45,839 bases of DNA from Macrostomum lignano. Its lineage: Eukaryota. A program made the position numbers and the translations under genes. The notes beneath the pieces were generated by a model. The model worked only from the letters and a program-made list of their open reading frames with translations, did not search any database and had not been told where the DNA came from. Below, one piece after another: positions 40,346-45,839 of this stretch. Numbering within the stretch: the first letter of the stretch is position 1; every line of letters begins with the position of its first letter. The stretch is from contig NIVC01004441.1 in assembly GCA_002269645.1 (NCBI GenBank), positions 1 to 45,839 of the forward strand, read 5' to 3'.

Positions 40346-40970
40346 ATCTTTTGATGAACCTGGAAAAATTGCAAACGACTATGCAATATTTAGACATGAA
40401 TACTGAGCCAGAGCCACCCCCTCTTCTGCCTCACCCACACTGTCTGCCTCATTATTTTGTGGGCCACACGTTTTGCTAGGACAGTTTTTTAGTTTTTATT
40501 GTTTTAGCCGTAGCTTAAAATTACACAGAGTTCTGTTGAAAAAATCTGATAGGAACAAAATGGTTGCATTTATTTTGTGTTTAATAATTAGTAAGTAACA
40601 AAAAATGAAGCCTAAGGCCAAAGGAAACATAATTTTAAATTTTGACTTGAATTCTTTCTTCTTGGAAAAATATTATTTTGCAATTTTTTGAATTAGCAGG
40701 AATTTCATTAACGATGCATAACGAATTACTTTTAAAGGCTCTTTCCTATTGGTACTCTATATTAGTGCAACATTTGTGGTTCGTATTATTCGATTTATTT
40801 AAAGTAATGAAAGATGGCAGTGTAAACAAGTATTAAGGCGCTACCGAAGACTTTGCTAAAATTATCTAGTTGGTTGAATACAATTGAAAAAGTTTTCGAC
40901 GCGAAAGTAAGTGCTTGTGAACAAAAGTATGCACTACTACCAAGATGAGCATAGTGTTAGTGGTAATTGT

Positions 40971-43900
40971 AATACAACAACAACAACAAAATACGCTGTC
41001 AAGATGGCAAAAGTCAGCGTCACAGGGCGCGCTTCATGGCTTGGGCGCGAACAAAGGCCGCGCCACCGGCAGTGTCCGGGGCGCCGGCGTCAGCCAGCAG
41101 ACAGTCGACATAACGCCGAGTTCGCGCTTGACCTCGCCGGTAGGGTGCCTGCAGCGTGAGCAGCAGCACCTCCTGCACCGGCTGTGGGCAGTACGACTCG
41201 GCGCGGATGAGATGGCCTGCGAGCTGGAGTCGCCGACGGCGCAGTAGATCACTTGGACGTGGCAGGCCAGCGCGGCGATAGAGTGCCGCGTTGGTGACTC
41301 ACTCGACGCCGATGTTGAAGGCGGCGCGCAGCAGGCCAGCGTGCGCCGCATCGACTTGCTGTTTGAGTGAGTCCGTCAGCGTCCAGGTCTCGGCGTTGTA
41401 CAGCAGGACGGTCTCGATTACCGCCTGGAACAGCGCCGCCCTCTGGCGGTCCGGTAGGGCCTCGAACTGCAGGACTGCCCTCACAGAACGAAAGGCAGCC
41501 CAGGCAAGCCCGCGGCGGCGTCGCAGGTCCTCGCGAGCGTCTGGAACCAGACCGCCGAGGTAGACGAACTGCTGACATCGCGGGAGTTCGGTCGCCTGCC
41601 CGTCAGCGCCTCGGCAGAATATTGCAGCCTCGGCACGCAGAGCACAACGGTCTTCTGTGTGTTGACCACCAGGCCGACACTCGCCGCAACGGCAGCTAGC
41701 CTGTCCAGCTGCCGTTGGGCGCCCTCGACGGTCGAGGACAGCAGGGCGAGGTCGTCGGCGTAGCCAAGCACGCTGAGCCGCTTCTCCGGTTGACGTCGAC
41801 CTACGCGTCGCCGCAGCAGAAAACCGTCGTCGTCGGTAGGAAGAGCAGTCCGCAGCACCCAGTCAAGCACCAGGACGAACAGGAACGGCGCCAGCGTATC
41901 TCCCTGAAGTACTCCGGAGGATGTCTCAAAGGAGTCCGATAGGCCGTCCGGTGTTGTCACAGCAGCTGTCGTATCACGGTACATCGCCATGATGGCGGAG
42001 ATCAGCTGCTCGGCACGTTGTACGCGCGGAGCACCATTGGAAGCACGGCTCTGACAACCGAGTCGAATGCCTTCTTGAAATCAATAAAGATTAGAATCAG
42101 GATCGACTGGCGAATCCGCGCCTCCTCGATGACTCGGCGAAGAGCCAGGATCTGCGCCACTGTGCCGCGATGGGGCCGGAACCCGTTCTGCTCTGGGCGC
42201 AGGTACGGATCCAGCACGGGCTGCAACCGCGAAAGCAGCATCCGGTTGAACAGCTTCGCTGCACAGGACTGAAGGCAGATGTGCCCGTGGTGCCCGGCCT
42301 AGTGGTGCCCGGCTTCTTTGGAACAGCAACGATGTGCGCCGTGGTCCATTCGTTGGGCGCCGCCTCACCGAAGAGCACGCGGTTCATCACTCTGGCGACC
42401 TCAGCGGCCACACAGAGGATGCGCAGCGCCTCGATGGGCACCTCGTCCGGACCCAGCGCTTTCCCGCCCGGTGACTGCTGGGCGAGCTTGACAACGTCGG
42501 CTGCGTTGACTGGGCCTACGCTGAAACTCTCCTCTGCCGGCAACGGCGTCTCCGGCGGCAGCGTCAGACTGTCTGGCAGCGGGGGTGGCGGCGCGTTGAC
42601 GATGGCGGCGAAGAACTCGCGCAGCTCGTTCCTGCGCTCATCCGGAGTGTCACCAGCCAGGTTCAGCGGATTGCGCCGCTTTCGCCCCGTCAGAGCGTTG
42701 ATGGCGGACCAGGCCACGCGCCCTCTGGCATCGGGCCCAGCGGCAGAGACAGCCTGAATGGCGTCATCGACAGCCGCTTGTTGGCGCTGCAGGTAGACAG
42801 CCGCCAGAGCTGCCTCTGCCTCGCGGGTTGGTCACCTGCTCAAGCGGAGCCTCTCCAGATCTTCCCTCGCTGCCTGAATCGCAGGGTCGTCCTGCCAGAC
42901 CGGCTGCCCACGTTGAGCCGGCTGCATCATCGGGACTGCTTGCTCCGAGGCGGTTCTGACTGCAGCGCACACTTCCGCATACTCGGCACTTCCACGCTTG
43001 TCGCCCAGCGCGGTGTTAAAGGCGCTAGCAAAGCAACGCTGCGTATCGGTGGCTCTGAGCGCGCGGTAGTAGCGCCGCGGTGGCCGCTTCGGCGGACGGT
43101 AGAGCGGATCGCGAAGGTTGAGGTCGCAGATGAGGAGCCGGTGATCGGACCGCAGAGCCAGCGGCTTGATGGTGCGGCAGTTAACGGCGCGACGACGCTC
43201 ACGGAAACGCACGAGCACGTGGTCGAGCTGTGCTTGTCTCCGGGTTGCGTTCCTGCCACGCGCGTTCCGTCGCCTCCGCTTGCAGCCCACGAAGGTTGCG
43301 AGACCGCTCAGTGGCTTGCGGAAGCGGGTGTTGGCCACACCATGTCCTGCCTCTCCAGGAAGTCCTCCAGTGCCTCGGTGTTGTTGTTCCCGCGTGGCGT
43401 CACGAACAGCGACCTCTCGGACCTACGCAGGACTGCGTTCAGGTCTCCGAGGACGACCGCTGTGTCACGCTGCGCCATCGCCTCTACCTGCACTGAGAGC
43501 TGCTCGAAAAACTCTTGAGCCTCGTCAGGGCGTGTGGCAGGGCGCGCGTACGCGCAGAACAGGCGAGCATTCCGACTGCGTAGCCGGACGTCGATCCGAA
43601 GCAACCGGGGGACAGGGAGACGCAGCGACAGCTCTGCTGCAGCCTCGGCCCGATCAGCGCTCCAACTCCTCCACTGCCTCGCTGGTCCGCAGAAGTATAG
43701 TAGAGGGTCCACCGGGCGCCCAAGTCCTCACAATGAAGTCCCGGGTCGGCCTTGATAGACACCTCCTGCAGCGAGATGATGTCGCCAGCACCCCTCTACG
43801 CCAAGCAGCCTTGAGAGTGCGGCAGTTCAGCGTCCCGACCCGAAGCATGCCCTGTGGTACAGCTTGGGCTCGATGCAGTTGTGCCTCACGGTCCCCGGCG

Positions 43901-44118
43901 CCACCCGGAGGATCCGAGTGGACCCGCGCGGCAGCTCGACGGGCGGCGCCACGCAGCCGGCCTCATCGGTTCCGCTCACGCCGGCGCTCAACACGGCGAC
44001 GGGCGCTCCGCTGCCCTCGCTTGGTCCTGCCGCATTTGGCCGCCGCAGCAGTTAAGCGCGGCTCTCCGCTCTGACCACGAGGAGGTAGCGGCATTTATCT
44101 GCACCGTGGTGCAAAGGC
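40971..44118 (-). mobile_element. Near full-length RTE-like non-LTR retrotransposon (APE endonuclease + reverse transcriptase), frameshifted
   Basis: APE motifs VGTLNCRTL, DIISLQE, VLGDLNA, LDHVLV and SDH. RT motifs EQNGFRPHRGT, FIDFKKAFDS, GVLQGDTLAPFLF and YADD. C-terminus LLYNAETWTLT. (TTG)n tail at about 40975-40990. A single ORF of about 3.1 kb fits the RTE clade. Confidence 0.92.
44028..44118 (-). ncRNA. HDV-like self-cleaving ribozyme at the 5' end of the RTE element
   Basis: P1a GCCTTTG; J1/2 hairpin; P2a TGCCGC; P3 ACC/GGT around L3 TCCTCGT; P1b CAGAGC; P1.1 GG; P4 GCCGC..GCGGC; J4/2 GGCCAAA; P2b GCGGCA. P1 has a 1-nt imperfection. Confidence 0.75.
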
Positions 44119-45839
44119 AACAAAATGAAAATGACGACACGAGTTTTTAAAGTTTTTGAAGCGTTGTTAGTATACGAGCTCGTATGTGCGGCCTTACTTT
44201 TTGTATTGAATAAGTTTGAAATATTTTTTTCGTGTTGAGAAATAAATTAAGGCTCGCTTTCTGGTTAGCGGTAGTGCTAGTGGTTACTGTTGCAGTGCCT
44301 TTCCATAGCAGCAGGGCCTTTAGCACCAAGGGCTTAGCACCAGATGGGCTCCAGCTAAAGCACGATGCAGCATATCTTTCCCCCACCTAGCTCTTTGGAT
44401 TTGCACTTGTTGCCTTTGAGTTACGGCGTTGTTGTACGTGAGGCTGTTTACTAATGGAGTAAATCTAGCAAAAAGCCACTTCTCAGCTTCCCTTCGTGAA
44501 TTCGAAAACAATTAGTGATCTGGCTCGCCAAAGTGCATAGAAAATTAATGCATGCAGCTACTCTCTCTGCATTTGCGTGAATGGCAGCTAACCGCTATTA
44601 CAGTGTATAGTCATGCAGTCCGGTTTCAATGTTAATCATCCTGCATATTTGCTACATGTGGACAGCAGGCAGAATACACAATATACGGAAACTCGCGGAC
44701 AAGCCATCATCGCCCTGGCTGGAAATTTGGTGATTTTGCGCAGATGCTTCGCATCATTTCCATATATAGTTGTGGGCTTGGATTTCAACACAGCCAGCGC
44801 TGGCCGAGCGAGCTGCAGCTGTCCCACACCGCTCAAATTCTAACCGCCAACAAAATGTGCGATGCGGGATTGCTTTTTTAGGCCTCGCAGTATTTGAGCT
44901 CTCGGTCGGAAAATATGGTGGCACATCTGGCGGCCGGCACATCTGCTTCTGTATTAGATGAAATTTGACTGCTTTAAGCTGCGCTTGAGCAAACAGAAAT
45001 TCACAACAGTAGAAGTCAACGCTAAGTGCAGTGTCTGGCTTCAGGAAGCCGAAACTGTTATTGATTTCGTCCTGCGAAATCGGACCTGCTCAATAGAAAA
45101 GCAGTGATGGCGGGATTGGCTGAAGAAGAACCTATATTGTCTGGTGGCTTTTTAATAAATAATAATACTTAACGCTTTACTTAACCACAGAGCGCCTTGG
45201 CTACTACCGCAAGTCAACTAGGCGACAGTCAACCTGCAGCCAGCCAGACGACAATTTTGCTGTTATACGTCAGTTCCACTGACTCCGGAGCACGCGTGTC
45301 CACGACCGTCTCATCATTAGGTACTGAGGTACACTGTGCGAGTACCTCCTGCACACACAGGGCCCTGGGGGTAGGCCCTTATTGGCATCCATGCAGAGAG
45401 AGGTCACTGGTGCGAGAGACGGACGGACGAGTTACCGCTGAGCAGTCCTGCCGGGCAGTTGGGTTACTCTGACCGATAAGGAACAACCAACTGAAAGGCT
45501 GATCAGTTTTAAGCATCGGAAACACCCAAGTACTAAGTTAGTGCAAGCAATGCGAAAGTGCTTCCCATGCCAGTGTGGGGTTGGCCTTCATCAATAATGC
45601 ACGCCCTGCGGCAGGACAAACCGCCAAGTCGGGCCGCCCCCCAGCCGCTGAAGGCCCAGCGATCTGTGCACAGCTTTGTGTTGAACAGCTGGAATTCATT
45701 GCGCAAAATGGGGATCCCGGGCGGAGGATCAGCCTTAGGGCAGCGGGTCCCAGATGTTGTTTGCCATTTATCTATTGCCAGTTTGGCATCCCAAGAGGAC
45801 TGACGGAGGCCAGAGGCTTTAGGAACTCGTGGGGGGGAC

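Larger units (their letters stand above)
35500..40700. other. AT-rich, CpG-depleted domain containing decayed inverted-repeat elements
   Basis: Only about 9 CG seen by eye in 37260-40380, in sharp contrast to the CpG-rich flanks. Confidence 0.8.

Noticed and set aside
40952-44290. 19-bp near-direct repeat (40952-40970 versus 44272-44290) as the RTE target-site duplication
   Set aside because: Three mismatches, and the right copy lies about 150 bp beyond the ribozyme-defined 5' end; no exact TSD found.
45200-45839. GC-richer terminal segment as an element 5' end or ribozyme
   Set aside because: CTGATCAG...GAAA does not match the hammerhead core, no HDV L3 motif, and the short ORFs lack domains.

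Overview
Eukaryotic (metazoan) genomic DNA. GC-rich exons, minisatellite-stuffed introns and unpaired 3' acceptors just upstream of start codons resemble the flatworm Macrostomum, but the taxon is my inference. All recognisable genes lie on the minus strand: a secreted WSC + PAN/apple-like protein (2159-2861), casein kinase I gamma (4030-7235), an 11-exon FRRS1/SDR2-like ferric-chelate reductase (18200-26316), an ING4/5-like PHD protein (30782-32355), DPM3 (33127-33426) and a claudin-like tetraspan (34183-35034). The window also holds a broken GDA1/CD39 NTPDase copy, an RNase H-bearing LINE fragment, two SINE-like pieces, a near full-length RTE-like LINE and about 16 tandem arrays. Strongest observations: (1) an HDV-like self-cleaving ribozyme fold at the 5' end of the RTE element; (2) two bounded AT-rich domains with near-total CpG loss, CTAG excess and CG/TG/TA variants among repeat copies, suggesting RIP-like hyper-deamination; (3) a tandem array built from the CK1 exon-intron junction, giving 8 splice donors; (4) a possible trans-spliced operon. 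Single-base frameshifts in otherwise intact genes suggest assembly indel errors. No rRNA, intact tRNA or CRISPR array was seen. All counts and alignments were done by eye. Many ORFs in the supplied track use non-ATG starts or are repeat artefacts.
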